Part shown: positions 35,644 to 49,431 of the stretch, in pieces
How positions within the stretch are numbered: the first letter of the stretch is position 1
Layout of the letters: each line of letters begins with the position of its first letter
Assembly: GCA_043228905.1 (NCBI GenBank)
Contig: JBHGNT010000008.1
Location: 6,200,001-6,264,000, forward strand
Source: Azolla caroliniana
Lineage: Eukaryota > Plantae > Polypodiophyta
Length of the DNA stretch: 64,000 bases
Direction: 5' to 3'
Translations under genes and position numbers: made by a program
The notes under the pieces: generated by a model
What the model was told of the DNA's origin: nothing
Database searches by the model: none
What the model saw: the letters and a program-made list of their open reading frames with translations, nothing else

Positions 35644-38600
35644 ATGTTTAGATCAACGCACGACCTGGTTACAGATCGAACTCGATGCCTTGCCGAAAGG
35701 CAAACGAGACGTGAGGCTTTCCAGCAAGCGGCGCAGGAAATTAGAGCGGATCGCTCGTTTTCCAACGTAATCCGGAGAGTAGCGGAGGACTCCCATTGGT
35801 TACAGCAAACATCGCACCCGGACGACGGCAACAGCCTAAGCAGCCTCCGGGAAACCGAATCCCTTCTCCACGCGTTGGCAAACGGAGAAGGCGAAGTAGA
35901 GGCCTTTTCAGCATATGAATCGGACTCTGAAGGGGAATACAGCGTGCACACGAACTACCGTAGCAGCAACGAAACCCCGGGCGGACCGGAGGACGAAGGA
36001 TCGGATACCTTATCGACACCGGAACCGGAACCGGAAGTGCTAACGCTGGAACCCCCGGAACCAGTAGAAGAAGAACGACCTCCGACACCGGAAGTCAAGG
36101 AGGAGAGGCCTCCGTCACCAAAGGAAGAGAAACAACCGACACCGGAATCAAATCGGGAAAGACCACCGACACCGGAGAAAATTCCGGAATGAGCACCAAC
36201 ACTACCAGCCCGCGCACCGACACCGGACAACGACATGCCGTTCCAGTACTCCAAGTATAGAGATGATCTGGACGCGGAAGCTCATGTGCACGCCTTTGAA
36301 CAAACATGGGAAGCCAACCATGTGTCCCAGCGACTGACACCAGAGGAAGAAGAACGCTCTAAGATAGCAGAGTTTGGCGTCACATTGGAGGGACCGGCAG
36401 CAAGATGGCGCCGGACGCAGGACCCGTCTACCATCAACACCTTTGCAGATTTAAAAGCTAAATTCATGCATTTTTTTCAAAAGGAGGTGGACCAGACCGT
36501 AATGGTAGGCTTATTTTATACCATCTGGCAAGAGGCAGGGGAGAGCATTCCCCAATTTGTCATCCGGTTTCAACGGATGCATAGTCAGCTTACCCGTGCA
36601 CCCCCGGAGGAGGAATTACGGACGATATTCCTAAACGCGCTCCGGGAACCCCTACGCACGGTTTGGACGGTAATCGATTTCCGCACAAGTACCATCGACC
36701 AGGTCATTGACCGGGTGAAAGAGATGGAAAAGACAAGCTCCTGGCTCACACTGGGCGCACTTCAACGGGCGTTACCAACTGATGAAGACCTCCGGTTTCG
36801 GCAAGCAATACAGTGCACAACCTGCTTGAATTCCGGACACTCGGCTCTAGAATGCACTATGAGGACGCAATGTGTAATCTGTCAGTCCAAGAGCCATACG
36901 ACGGATAGGTGCGAGTATAATCTGTTGACTCGGCAAGCACCGCCCGTCTGACAAATTGAGCCACGCAGCAGCCGGGATGAAGAAGACGAACGCTGGCGGC
37001 GAATGGACCATGACCGACCGGCACAGGATGTACGGTATGGCGAGCGACGGGAAAATAATGTCCGGTACGGCGAGCGACGGGATAATGATGTCCGGTACGG
37101 TGAGCGACGGGAAAATGATGTCCGGTACGGTGATCGGCGAGAGAACTATGATCGGCATGATCGGTACCAGGATTACAATAGACGATACGAACAGTACGAC
37201 CGGGAGCACTCCCCCAGGTATCGTCAGCAACGGGAGGAATACGGCAGATATAACGGGCAACCCCATCAAGAGTACCGTAATAAGAAGAGCTTTAACAAAA
37301 AACAGCATTTTAAAAAAGGCGGCTACCCCCGGGATCCGGAACAAGGCGTTCCAAGTAGCCAACCGGTACAAAACCCCGCGCGTACCGTAGGACCTACCCC
37401 GGGTACAACAGACAATGCTGAATCTAGCAATGCCCGGAAAGCCTACTGCTACTACTGCCGACAGGAAGGCCATTATAGTAACCAATGCCCGGTGAAGAGC
37501 TATGAAAAACGACCGGCGGTAAATATGGTAGTCCTTGAGGTGGCAGACTTGCAGCAGGTGACCACAAGGTCGAAGGGCATGGCCAAAGAATGGGAGACAC
37601 AGGAGACCATCCGCAAACAAGCAACGGAATGGGTAAAGAAAGCAAATGAGCAGAATGTCACAGACTTACAACAGCAAAAGGAGAACACCGCAGGGCTTGC
37701 CGGCGGTAGTCACTCCGAGAACGAGACATGGCAGGCGTTGCAAGAATGCCAGATTATGTTACCACTAGGAAGACTCCTACAACTCGTGCCGAGATTCACG
37801 GAAGGACTGAAGACGGCCATGACGGTAGGAGAACCATCACCGGCACCGGTACTCTTCTCGAATCCGGAGGAGGGACCAACAGTGGTAGACACCAGCAGTC
37901 CGGTAATCACTGCCATTGTAAAAGGGAAAGAACTCCCCGACACAGTTATAGACGGAGGCTCTGGGGTAAATGTAATAAGCCTCCGGACGTGTGAGGACCT
38001 AAGAATCCACGAGTGGGAGCCGTGTCCATTTTGGTTGCAGATGGCCGATACAAGCTCAGTGCGGCCGACAGGATTAATACGGAAATTAGAAGTCACCGTC
38101 GGCGGGCATACATTTCACATTTCAGCCGTAGTGCTACAATTACAGGCACAAGGCGCCTACCCGCTATTGCTGGGGCGGCCATTGTTGAAAACGGCACATA
38201 TCAAACAGAATTGGCGAAAAAATATAATTACATTCCGGCGAGGAAAAGCCAAGGTACGGGTACCAACACAGCCAAGGACGAGCACTGGCAAGGAATGTAC
38301 AACGTTGTATGCGGAATGCGTCAACATGCTAGAAGGGTTAGCGGACGAAGAAGAAGCTCAATACCTGCAGGAAAACCCGAAGATCATACCCCTCTTCGAA
38401 ATTGACATTGCCGAAGCCGTAGCACCGTATTTACCGCAACCGGAAGAGGCGGAAGCAGAACCGGATAAAGACGCAATCCGGGAGTTACGGCAAGCGCAGG
38501 AAACGTTGGAACGGGAAATGGCCGTTTCACAGCGCGTAAAAGCATCGCAACTGGAAGAGGTGAATTTAGGCACCACGGACGAAGCAAAACCGGTGCACAT

Positions 38601-41478
38601 CGCCAAGGAGATGAAGTCCGAAGACAAAACGACGATGATAACACTTCTCACGGAATTCCGGGATGTGTTCGCCTGGTCATACGAAGATATGCGAGGACTC
38701 GACCTTGAGTTATACCAGCATCAAGTACACTTGAGCAAGGACGCAAAACCAGTGGCACAAAGACGGTACCGGATGAATCCCAATTATGCTGCCAAGGTCA
38801 AGGAAGAAATCGACAAACTGCTAAGAGTTGGCTTTATCCGTCCGGTAAAGAAAGCGACGTGGCTGAGCCCGATCGTAGTCGTACCAAAGAAGAACGAAAA
38901 AATTCGAGTTTGCGTGGACTACCGGAAACTCAATGCGGCTACGGTAACGGATGCGTTTCCACTTCCGTTCACAGATGGAGTGTTGGATGCCGTCGTCGGC
39001 CATGAGGTCTATAGCTTTCTAGACGGATTCAGCGGGTATAATCAAATCCGGATGCACCCCAACGACCAGGAGAAAACGGCATTCGTCACCGAATGGGGGG
39101 TGTTTGTGGCCGTGGTGATGATGTTCGGACTCAAAACGGCACCGGCAACGTTTGAAAGAATCATCATGGAAATCTTTGGTGAATATATACCGGCTTTTAT
39201 GCAGGTTTTCCTTGACGATTTCGCCGTCTATAGCCGGGAGGAGGACCATTTTTAGCACCTCCGTCTTTGTCTAGAAAAGTGTAGAGCGTACCGGCTAAGC
39301 TTGAATCCGGCAAAGTGTGTATTTGGTGTGTCCAGTGGAACTTTATTAGGACATATTGTGAGCCAGGAAGGTATTGCAGTCGACCCGGACAAAGTAAAAG
39401 CCATATTAGAAGCACCGGCGCCGGCAACGGCAAAGGCATTAAGCCGGTTCTTAGGCCAGATCCGGTGGCACAGCCGGATGCTCTGATACTTGGCCGACCT
39501 GGCTACACCGTTGCATGCTGCCATACATCGGACACCATTCCAGTGGACCGATACTGAGGATAGGGCGTATAAGGCCCTCAAGGTTCTATTGTCGCAGGCA
39601 CCGGTAGTACAACCTCCAGATTGGAGTAAAGAATTTCACGTGTTCGTGGACGCCTCCGACATCGCAATCGGAAGCGTATTGATGCAGCTTACGGAACCAA
39701 AGTGGTACCGGCCAGTGTACTATGCCAGCCGGAAGCTATCCCAAGCAGAACGGAACTACTCTACTACGGAACGGGAAGCTCTAGGAATGATCTACAGTGT
39801 GACAAAATTTCGGCACTATTTATTGGGAAGGAAGTTTTCCTTCCATGTAGATCATTCGGCACTCCTTTACCTGGTGTCCAAGGCGTCACTCACCGGCAAA
39901 TTGGCCCAGTGGACCTTATTGTTACAGGAGTTCGAGTTTGAAATATTCCACCGACCTGGTATACAGCATGCCGTAGCGGATTACTTAAGCCGATTGGAGT
40001 TCGGAGAGACGGGTGACGGAGTACCGGATGAGTTTCCGGATGCGGAGCTGTTTCGAGTCACTATGGAGACAGCAGCAGATGAGACAGTGGCCCAGGAAGA
40101 CAAGTGGCTCACAAATATGCACCAGTTTCTGAGCATAGGACTGCATCCGAAAGAGCTAAACTGGGACGAACGGAAACGCCTGGCGGTACAAAACCGACAT
40201 TTCTGCTTATTGCAAGACACACTGTACCACAAGGGAGCTGACGACATATGGAGACGGGCGGTGCGCAGCGATGAAAAGGATCTGATACTGAGGGAAGCCC
40301 ATTGCGGAGTTGCCGGAGGTCACTATGCCGGAGATGCGACAGCCAGAAAAATATGGCAAAGTGGCCTATGGTGGCCAACGACATTAAGAGATGCGGTACG
40401 GTACGCAAAAGAATGTGACCTATGCCAGAGAATGGGCCAGCCAACGGAGCAGGCTCGTATGCCACACCAGCCGGTACTACCACTTGAGCCATTCCAAAAG
40501 TGGGGGCTGGACTTTGTAGGACCGTTCAAGCCACCGGCACTGAGAACGGGTAATCGGTACGTTATCGTTGCTACGGATTACTGCACGAAATGGGTGGAGG
40601 CCAAAGCTTTACGGGATAACACCGCTGCGTCAACGACAAAGTTTCTATATGAGTACATCTGGTGCCATTACGGATGCCCCATTGAATTGATAAGTGACCA
40701 AGGGGGGCACTTTCTCGGACAAGTAGTGGAAAGCCTAACGACCTTCTATGTCGTGGTCCACAAACGAAGCACACCTTACTATCCACAGGCGAACGGATTA
40801 GCGGAATCAACAAACAAGACGCTCCAGAACATCCTTCGGAAGATCGTCAACGAGAACCAGACGGATTGGGACACAAAGCTACATAGCGCGCTTTGGGCAT
40901 ACCGGACGGCATACAAAACAAGCATCCGAACAACACTGTTCCGGTTGGCGTTCGGACTCGAGGCGGTCATGCCGGTAGAATTTCAAGTACCTAGCTTACG
41001 GATCCAGCTACGAGAACGGCTGAACGAGAAGGAGTCGGAGACAATAAGGTTGACAGCGCTGTGTGAGCTGGAGGAACAACGGTTGGCCAACATCCTACAT
41101 TTAGAATTGGAGCAACGGCGACGGAAAGCATTCGTCGACCGACACAGGAAAGGTAACGAAAAAATGTTCGCAATCGGCAAACCAGTGTTAGTATTCCAAA
41201 CCCGGATGGGCAAGATGCCGGGTAAACTAAGGTTTAGATGGACCGGACCATATTGGCTAACACGTGAGTATAATGGGTCCTACCAGTTGGGGACACTTGC
41301 CGGCGAAGTGCTGGGCAAATGGGTCAACAGATTCCGGTTAAAGGCATATAGAGGACCGATGCCTAAGAACCCGTTTGAGCAAAGGACCGACGGCAACCAC
41401 CAAGACGGCAGAGAAGGCGAGCCGGTAACCGGAGAGAATGTGGCCGGTAAGGGTTCGGGAGGACCAACGGACATGTGA
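35644..41478 (+). pseudogene. Gypsy-C single-frame gag-pol with four nonsense codons (36190, 36949, 39253, 39484)
   Basis: All track ORFs are in one frame: three CCHC knuckles, VIDGGSG, FLDDF, VDAS, H-H-C-C, GLDFVGP, WTGPY. Confidence 0.93.
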
Positions 41479-41556
41479 CGTCACACTAATAATAATAATA
41501 ACTGAAAAAAAGAAAAAGAAAAAAACAAAAAACAATCATGCAAAAGCGAGGAATGA

Positions 41557-44199
41557 ATGGATGAAAGAGCGTGGAGCGAAAAGGTACGTAGTGGGCATTT
41601 AAAGCGCCACCACAGGACATAATGCTATTTTAAGTACGCGACATGCACAAACTCGGAAAAGGCGCCAGAATGCACAGACAAAAACCATTACGCAACACAG
41701 GGCGGCGGAGATATGCTGTTCCGCAAAATTGCTCGTGTGCTCCATGAATACGGCCACGTATACCCTAGACCCCCTGTCATGCCGCAGAACCGGGCAGGGA
41801 TGATCATCGCCACCTATGAAGGGATCAAGGTGGATTGGCTGGTATTGATCGCAGACGGGTTGTGTGCGGCGATCGAGATCGTCAGAGGCAAAGACGGCAA
41901 AGAAGGCCGAGACGAACGAAGGATATGGCACGCCGTAACGCAGTGGCTCACCTTGCTGGTGCCACCCGTTCAGACCGTCCAACCAAAGAAGCGAGGAAGA
42001 GTGCCAGACGGCACCCCAAGGACGGCTTCCAAACAGCAACAGCTGTTGGCCTCTAAGGCCAGTAAGGGAAAGGCGGCGGATGCAGAACAGGCGGCAACAG
42101 GAAGAAGAAACCGGAAGCGCCCAACGGAGGAGGAACCACCGGCATGGCCCATAAAGGTCACACTCCGCCGACAGGTGAATCGAGAAGCGGACCCCTTGGC
42201 GGCAAAACTCAATGCCGGAGCTCAGGAGGAGGAAATAGAGGAGGAGCCTATGGAGCACCTCCAGCGACGGTCGTCAGCAAGGACTGTTGAGACAGCCGGG
42301 AAACGTTCGGACCCTCAGAGAGAGGGAACACCGGCTCCCCATACTGAGACTCCTACGCCAAGGAAGGAACCGGAACCGATGCAGGTGGCCCTGGAAACAG
42401 ATGCCCCGGCACCACCGGCAACACCGGCAAGTCCCATCCCGCCAGAGCCGGAAAGGTCACTACAGCCTCCCTCGGTCAGCCAAGAAGAAGCGCAAGGGGA
42501 CCAAGCACAGCAGGATGGTCCACGGGCAGAAACGGAACTGCAACTCCGCGCAACCAGGCGGGACCACCCCTCTACAAGTGAGCCCATCTATCAAACCTCC
42601 GTGCAAGCACAACAAGGCACCGGTAGCCTGTGGCTCCGGTGGATAGGCGAACAGATAGTCGGAGCGGTGGGGTATATAGAGGCGGAAGAAAGAGCGCAAA
42701 GCGAACGGTTGCTCATCACAACTGAACAACTAGAGACGGCCCGGTCCAGAATCCGGTGCCTTGAAAAAGATTTGGATCAGGTCACGACAGAGATGGCCAA
42801 AATACGGATCCAATCACCGGTGACTCCGGTAAGTGTACAGAATAATGAAACGGAACGACCTGTACATAGGAATAAGACCCCGGGAACGGAAACTGTTCCG
42901 GCGAGAGATGCGGCGCAAGCTCGGGAGCTTGCGGAATTGAGAGAGGAACTTGCCGCACAAGAAGCGCTAAGGAGCCAGGAACGAGAATTGAAGACGGCGG
43001 CCGAAGCCGAATTAAAGAAGACTGTTGAGAACCTCCGCCGGGCAGAGGAGAGCCTCCGGAAAGGCCATCAAGCGTACGACCGGCTAAAGGAGGAGAAAGA
43101 CAAAGTGCTGCAGGAAAAGGACAAGCTGCGGAAAACGGCGGAAACAGAGATTGAGCGGCTAAAGGAAGAGCTCCGCCAGCAGAAGGACCGCGAGGACCAG
43201 GCCCGTCGTCAGATCAACGCACGACTCAAGCAAAAGACGGATGATTTTGAGCACCTGCACCAGGACTACAAACGGCTGGAAACGGAGCATAAAGAACGGA
43301 TGGCCGAGCTCCAGCAGGCAGTTGATTGGGCCGCGACGGCGATCACCGACGAACGGGCGGAAAATACAAGACGCTTGGAAGAGGCGGAGAAGGTCCGGAT
43401 GGAGCTCTAGAGGCAGCAATAGGAAGACAAAGAGAGAGCGTCAACAGTATTGTAGAAATTACAAAGTACATATCAAAGGCAATTGACGCATTACAAGGCG
43501 CAGGCGGAGGACAACGTAAAAATCATCAAACAACTGAAGGAGGAACGGCAAGCGGCGGAAACCAAATCGCAATTGGGAACGAACCGGATTCAGTCCATCC
43601 TTCGGGCATGGCTGAATCAGACGAAGCACTTGATTGATGAAAGCTCCGTAAAATGGTGGACAAAGTGGGCACAAAACGCGGCGGAACTCCAGTTGCTACG
43701 GGCGGATGTGGCAAACCGGCGGAAGGAGGGAGATGACTGTTATACGTTGACTTCCGAGGACTTCACCGCCATACGGGACAAGCTGGCCGACGACTTCCAA
43801 GTCCTGGCAGATAAACAGTTGGCGCAGGTCAGGCAACTCGTAGCTCAGCTGGACGATGATAGGCTGGACGCTCAAATTCAGTTTGAAAGCTACGAGCGGT
43901 CCTAGGTACGGGAAGAAAAAGCACAGGAAGCGACAACGGTTAACCTTAGTGATGAGGAACCGTCATCGGCTGAGGGCCAGCAGGGAACCAGTCAACCGGA
44001 GACCACCACGACGCAGGGAGCAACGACGGAGACGCCGGTGTCAGAGCCACAAACGGAGGAGCAGCCGTAGCAACTACCAACGGACCCGCCGCAACAGACA
44101 ACAACAGAGCAGCAACAACAGCAACGACAACAACCACTTCCAGATGAACCATTGGAGCCTCTCGAACAAAGCATTCTGGACATTTTGGACGAAGAATAG
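41557..44199 (+). pseudogene. Gypsy-C extra ORF (~880 codons): globular N-terminus, P/E/Q-rich linker, long coiled coil
   Basis: One frame from MDERAWSE to ILDEE*, broken only by TAA/TAG codons consistent with C>T changes; heptad-rich at ~42660-43860. Confidence 0.8.
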
Positions 44200-44691
44200 C
44201 AAGGGTCGGTTGTGGATTCGACGTACAAGGTACTGTCCCACGGGCGTGCCATGTGTTACCGGCCGGCAAAGGAGTCCAGAGTGGGAAACAGAGAGCTAAT
44301 TAAGTAGTAGGAATGTGGTTGTAATTAAGCTATGAGTGTGGACGGACGGACCGGAATCGGTATGCCGTTCCGGATCCGGACCGATCCCGAATAGGTGCGG
44401 ATGGCACCGTTTTGTAATACAGACCGGAAACCTATTTAAAGGCCCGGATACAATGTAATAGTTAGCGGTTAATTAATGAAAGCTTAAGCGTTGTTATATC
44501 TCTGTGTTAATTGCCGTTCTGTCTTAATTGTTATATCTTACGCGTGTTATGAAGAAGATCCTAATAAGTAACTTGATTAAGTCGGATTAAGCGTTGAAGT
44601 CTAATCCTGTTGCCGTAACACCCTTTGGTGAAGTGTCTCCCGTAGACACCCTGTGTTAGGCCATTGTTTGGCCCGAAGAGTTAACAGACCT

Positions 44692-44895
44692 GGTGAGAAC
44701 TGGATGACGAGTACCCGGCAACGGAAGACCCGGTGAGAACCAGATGACGAGTACCCAGCAAGAGCCGGATGGTGAAGACCCGATGAGAACCGGATGCGGA
44801 GTACCCGCCAACGGAAGACCCGGTGAGAACCGGATGACGTGTGCCCAGCAAGCGCCGGATGATGCAGGCCCGGTGAGGAGTGCTCACCGGATGAA
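44692..44895 (+). repeat. ~33-37-bp CCGG-rich subrepeats in the U3 of family-1 copia LTRs (also 49500-49705 and 61290-61425)
   Basis: Variants of ccggtgagaaccggatgacgagtacccggcaacggaaga in tandem. Confidence 0.8.
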
Positions 44896-45046
44896 GGGAC
44901 ATATTCGTAAATATGTTTCTGAGAGTCCATCTGGACTATATTTGTAAATAGCCGAAAAGTCATATTAGTATAAATATGACTTAGGGAAAACTTTAGGAAG
45001 CAATTGTCATTCTTGTTGGCGCTAGATCAGAGAGCGCGTAACAATG

Positions 45047-45094
<48 letters not shown>

Positions 45095-45397
45095 GAGGTC
45101 GTTGCCTCTGTTGTAACCGCCGCCTGTGGCGAAGATCGTGAGTGCGAGGTCGTTGCCTCCGTGAGCTCACTGTTGTAATCATTGTGATATAGTGATAGTT
45201 TGGAGTCTGTGGACTCCCGTGGTTTTTCCCTCTCAGGGTTTTCCACGTTAAACATCTTGTGTACTCTTCTCTCCTTTGTGTCGTGCGTTAATTATCCGTT
45301 TTCTGTGTATGATTCTAAGCTCGGTTGTGGCCGAGTGTTGCGCATAGGGAGCGTGCAGTTCTTGTCAAAGTGGTATCAGAGCAAAACGACACAGAAA

Positions 45398-48300
45398 ATG
45401 GATGATTTGTTGGGAGGTATGTTCAAGCTCACCGGCTCCAACTATTCGGTGTGGAAGTCGAAGATGAGGGACATGCTCGTGGTTAACGATCTTTGGTTGC
45501 CGGTTCAGTTTGGGGACAAGAGACCGGACAAGATCGACACCGCGATATGGAAGGTGATGCACATGAAGACAACGGCGTACATACGGTGCTTCATCGACAT
45601 GAGCCTATACAACAACTTCAATGAAGGAGCAAGGCTCATGAGCTATGGGAGAAGATCAACATTATGTTTTAGAACAAAAATGCTGTTAACGAGGTTTCGG
45701 TATTTCGGAAGCTAGTAAGACTCCGGTACCAAGATGGCTCCAGCATGGCAGAGCACATGAATGCCTTCCAGAGGCTGATACACCAGGCAACATCATTGGA
45801 AGTACCTCTCGCCGATGAGGTACTAGCGCTACTCTTGCTCAGTTCCCTCCCAAACAACTGGGAGACGTTGGTTGTCACTTTGGGCAACGCCGACCCGGAA
45901 GGGAAACGATTATCCCTAGCAAGAGTGAAGTCGAGCTTGCTAGATTAGGAGGCGCGTCGGAAAGATAAGGATACGAGCTCCGATTCCAAAGCGCTCCTTA
46001 CCGAATCGGAACACGGAAGACAAAGGAACCGTAGTCCCCAGAACCGGGAAAAGTCGGGGACACGGTCAAAGTCAAGGGGGAGGCCTACTTGGTTCTATTG
46101 CGGCAAGCCGGGACACTTCCAGAAGAATTGTCGGCGCTTCCGAAAAGACAAGGAAACCAATGGTACCGATTCGAAGCGGACACCGGACCGGAATGGTAAA
46201 GACCGGAGGGGAACGGACAGGAAGGGAACGACGGCAATCGCGGCAAGTGAAGAAGAGTTGATGCTCATCACCGAGGAGAGTGAGATAAACCTTGCCGGCG
46301 ACGAGATGACCTGGGTGGTCGACTCCGGAGTGTCGTTCCACCTTACCCCGGACCGGAAATGCTTCTCATCCTACTCAGCCGGTGATTACGGCTGTGTCCG
46401 GATGGGGAATGAAGGTACATGCCGAATTGTCGGCATAGGGGACGTGTGGCTCACGACACCAACCGGATGCAAGCTGCTGCTGAAGGATGTCCGACACGTT
46501 CCGGAGGTTCGACTGAACTTGATATTAGCCGGTCGACTAGATGATGAAGGCTACACGGGTAGCATCCGGAACGGTGTTATCAAGTTCAGCAAAGGGAGCC
46601 TGATTGTGGCTCGGGCCCGGAAGGTAAACACACTGTACCTGATGAATGCTCGGTTATGTCCGGAGGAAGTGAACGTGGCATTCGACACTGCCGGTGAGCT
46701 GTGGCATATGAGCGAGAAGGGGATGAAGAGGCTTGCAGACGACAACCTCATACCAGTGAAGAACCTGCACTTGGAGAAGTGCACTGATTGTCTGGCCGGT
46801 AAGCAAAACCGGACCTCCTTCCGATTAGGGCCACCGATGAGAGATAAAGCACCACTGGAGTTGGTGCATACTGATGTGTGTCAAGTAGACACGAAGTCAT
46901 ATGCAGGATCGTAGTACTTTGTGACGTTCATAGATGACCAGAACCGGAAGTTGTGGGCCACATCGTTGAAGACTAAGGATCAGGTGCTATCCGTCTTCAA
47001 AGAGCTCCACGTGAGAGTGGAAAGAGAAACCGGCCGGAAGCTGAAGGCGATTCGAGGAGATAACGGAGGTGAATACCGGGGGCAGTTCGAGTAGTATTGT
47101 CGCTCGAAGGGAATCCGGCTCGAATTTACCGTGCCGAAGACGCCGGAACTAAACGGGCTGGCCGAGAGGATGAACCAGACCATAATGGAGAGGGTCCGGG
47201 GGATACTGGCGCATGCAAAACTACCCAAGAAGTTTTGGGCTGAGGCACTGTCGACGGTGACATATGTGATAAACAGATCACCCTTAGTACCCTTGGATGG
47301 AGACATGCCATAGAGAGTCTGGACCAGTAAGGAAGTGTCCTACCGGCATCTGAAGGTATTCGAGTGTCTTGCATATGTGCATGTAGCTAAGGACCGGAGA
47401 GGAAAACTAGATCCGAAGACCCGGCCATGCATATTCCTCGGTCACGGCGACGATGAGTTTGGCTACCGAGTGTGGGACTTGGTCGACAAGAAGGTATTCC
47501 AGAGTCGAGATATTATCTTTATGGAGGACAAGACGCTCGCCGACTGGGAGTCGGAGAAGAAGATAATGAACTCCGAGTCGACCGGTAAGGATCGATTCTA
47601 CGATGAGCAGACCCAACCGGCAAGAGACCGGTTAGCACTCGAGGAACCAGCCGGTTACGGTGAGGATACCGAACCGGCAGAAGAAGAAGTAGAGGAAGCT
47701 GAAACCGGAACCGACCAAGACCCCGAATTGGATTCGGATGAAGAGCAAATGGAGGAGCCGGTTACCGAAGCCCAAAGACGGAGATATCCTCTCAGAGAGA
47801 GAAGGCCCCCCCGGAGATTTCCGGATGCAGCGCATGTGCTGCTAACCGATGAGGGGGAACCAAAAAGCTTCGAAGAAGCGAAGGATGACACCCACAGCCG
47901 CAAATGGTTAAGTGCCATGCAGGATGAGATGGATTCCCTGCATGAGAACAATACGTACGAATTGGTGGAGTTGCCGAAAGGAAAGCGGGCACTCTGAAAC
48001 AAGTGGGTGTACAAGTTGAAACCTCGAGATGCCGGCAACCCCCCGAGATACAAAGCCAGGATCGTGGTGAAGGGGTTCCAGCAGAAGAAGGGCGTGGACT
48101 TCGACGAGATATTTTCCCCGGTAGTAAAGATGACCTCCATCCAGACGGTGCTGAGTATAGCGGCAAGCATGGACCTCAAGGTAGAGCAACTGGACGTGAA
48201 GACGACATTCCTTCACGGTGACCTCGAAGAGGAGATCTACATGCAGCAACCGGAGGGATTCTTGGAGAAAGGGAAGGAGCATCTGGTTTGCCGGTTGAAG

Positions 48301-49431
48301 AAGAGCCTATACGGACTAAAGCAGGCTCCCCGACAATGGTACCGGAAGTTCGACTCCTTCATGACCGATCAAGGGTACCACAAGACGCAGGCCGATCACT
48401 ACGTGTTTGTGAAGAAGTTCGAAGGAGGCGACTTCCTGATACTCCTTCTGTACGTGGATGACATGTTGATCGTCGGACGGGACCAAGCCAGAATACAAAT
48501 GCTAAAGAAGGCTCTCAACCGAACTTTCGCAATGAAAGACTTGGGTTCGGCAAGATAGATGTTGGGGATGCATATCATCTGGAACCGGCCAACGAAGCAA
48601 TTATGGCTGTCACAGGAGAAGTACGTGACAAAGGTGCTTTAGCGGTTCAACATGTAAGAAGCGAAACCGGTCAGATCGACACTCCCGACAAACTGCAGAT
48701 TATCCGGTAAGCAAAGCCTGAAAACAAAAGCAGAGAAGGCTGATATGATGAAGGTTCCATATGCCTCTACCGTCGGGAGCTTAATGTACGCAATGGTGTG
48801 TACCCAACCGGATATAGGATACGCAGTAGGAGTGGTGAGCCGGTTTATGAGCAATCCCGGCAAGGAGCACTGGAACGCGGTCAAATGGATACTCCGGTAC
48901 TTGAAGGGCACTTCGAACATGTGTCTCCGATTTGGCTCCGGTAAACCTCAACTTGACGGCTTTACCGATTCGGATATGTCGGCTGATGTGGATACCAACC
49001 GGTCTACATCCGAGTATGTAATGACATATGCAGGGGGAGTTGTTTCGTGGCAGTCGAGGCTGCAGAAGACGGGTTGTTGTCAACCATGGAGGCTGAGTAC
49101 ATGGCGGTTGTGGAAGCCGGCAAGGAAATATTATGGATGAAGGATTTCATCGGAGAGCTCGGTATCCAGCAAGATGAATACCAGCTCTATTGCGACAGTC
49201 AAAGTGCCATCCACCTTGCTAAGAATGCGGCCTACCACTCCCGGACGAAGCATATCCAACGAAGGTATCACTGGATCTGGGAAAGAGTAGATGACTAGGC
49301 AGGAGTTCGCGTTGACGAAGATCCACACGGCCGAGAACGGGTTAGATATGCTGGCCAAAGTACTGATACCCGACAAGCTGGATGCATGCCGGAAGCTGAT
49401 CGGACTAGTAAGACATCCCATGCCGGAGTGA
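45398..49431 (+). pseudogene. Copia-5 gag-pol pseudogene
   Basis: WVVDSG, HTDVC, LLLYVDDMLI, GFTDSD and KHIQRRYHW motifs; stops and frameshifts. Confidence 0.92.

Larger units (their letters stand above)
35158..44686 (+). mobile_element. Gypsy-C: non-chromovirus (Athila/Selgy-like) Ty3/gypsy element with an extra 3' ORF
   Basis: Near-identical 433-bp LTRs 35158-35590 and 44254-44686; TSD GACCC/GACCT; PBS TGGCGACCAC (tRNA-Arg type) at ~35598. Confidence 0.95.

Noticed and set aside
35557-36192. Separate upstream ORF (Ogre-like ORF1) in Gypsy-C
   Set aside because: It is in the same frame as gag; the TGA at 36190 is most simply a CGA>TGA mutation.
44692-44895. CRISPR-like array
   Set aside because: These are degenerate tandem LTR subrepeats without unique spacers, in eukaryotic DNA with no cas genes; the same applies to 31400-31905 and 37029-37150.
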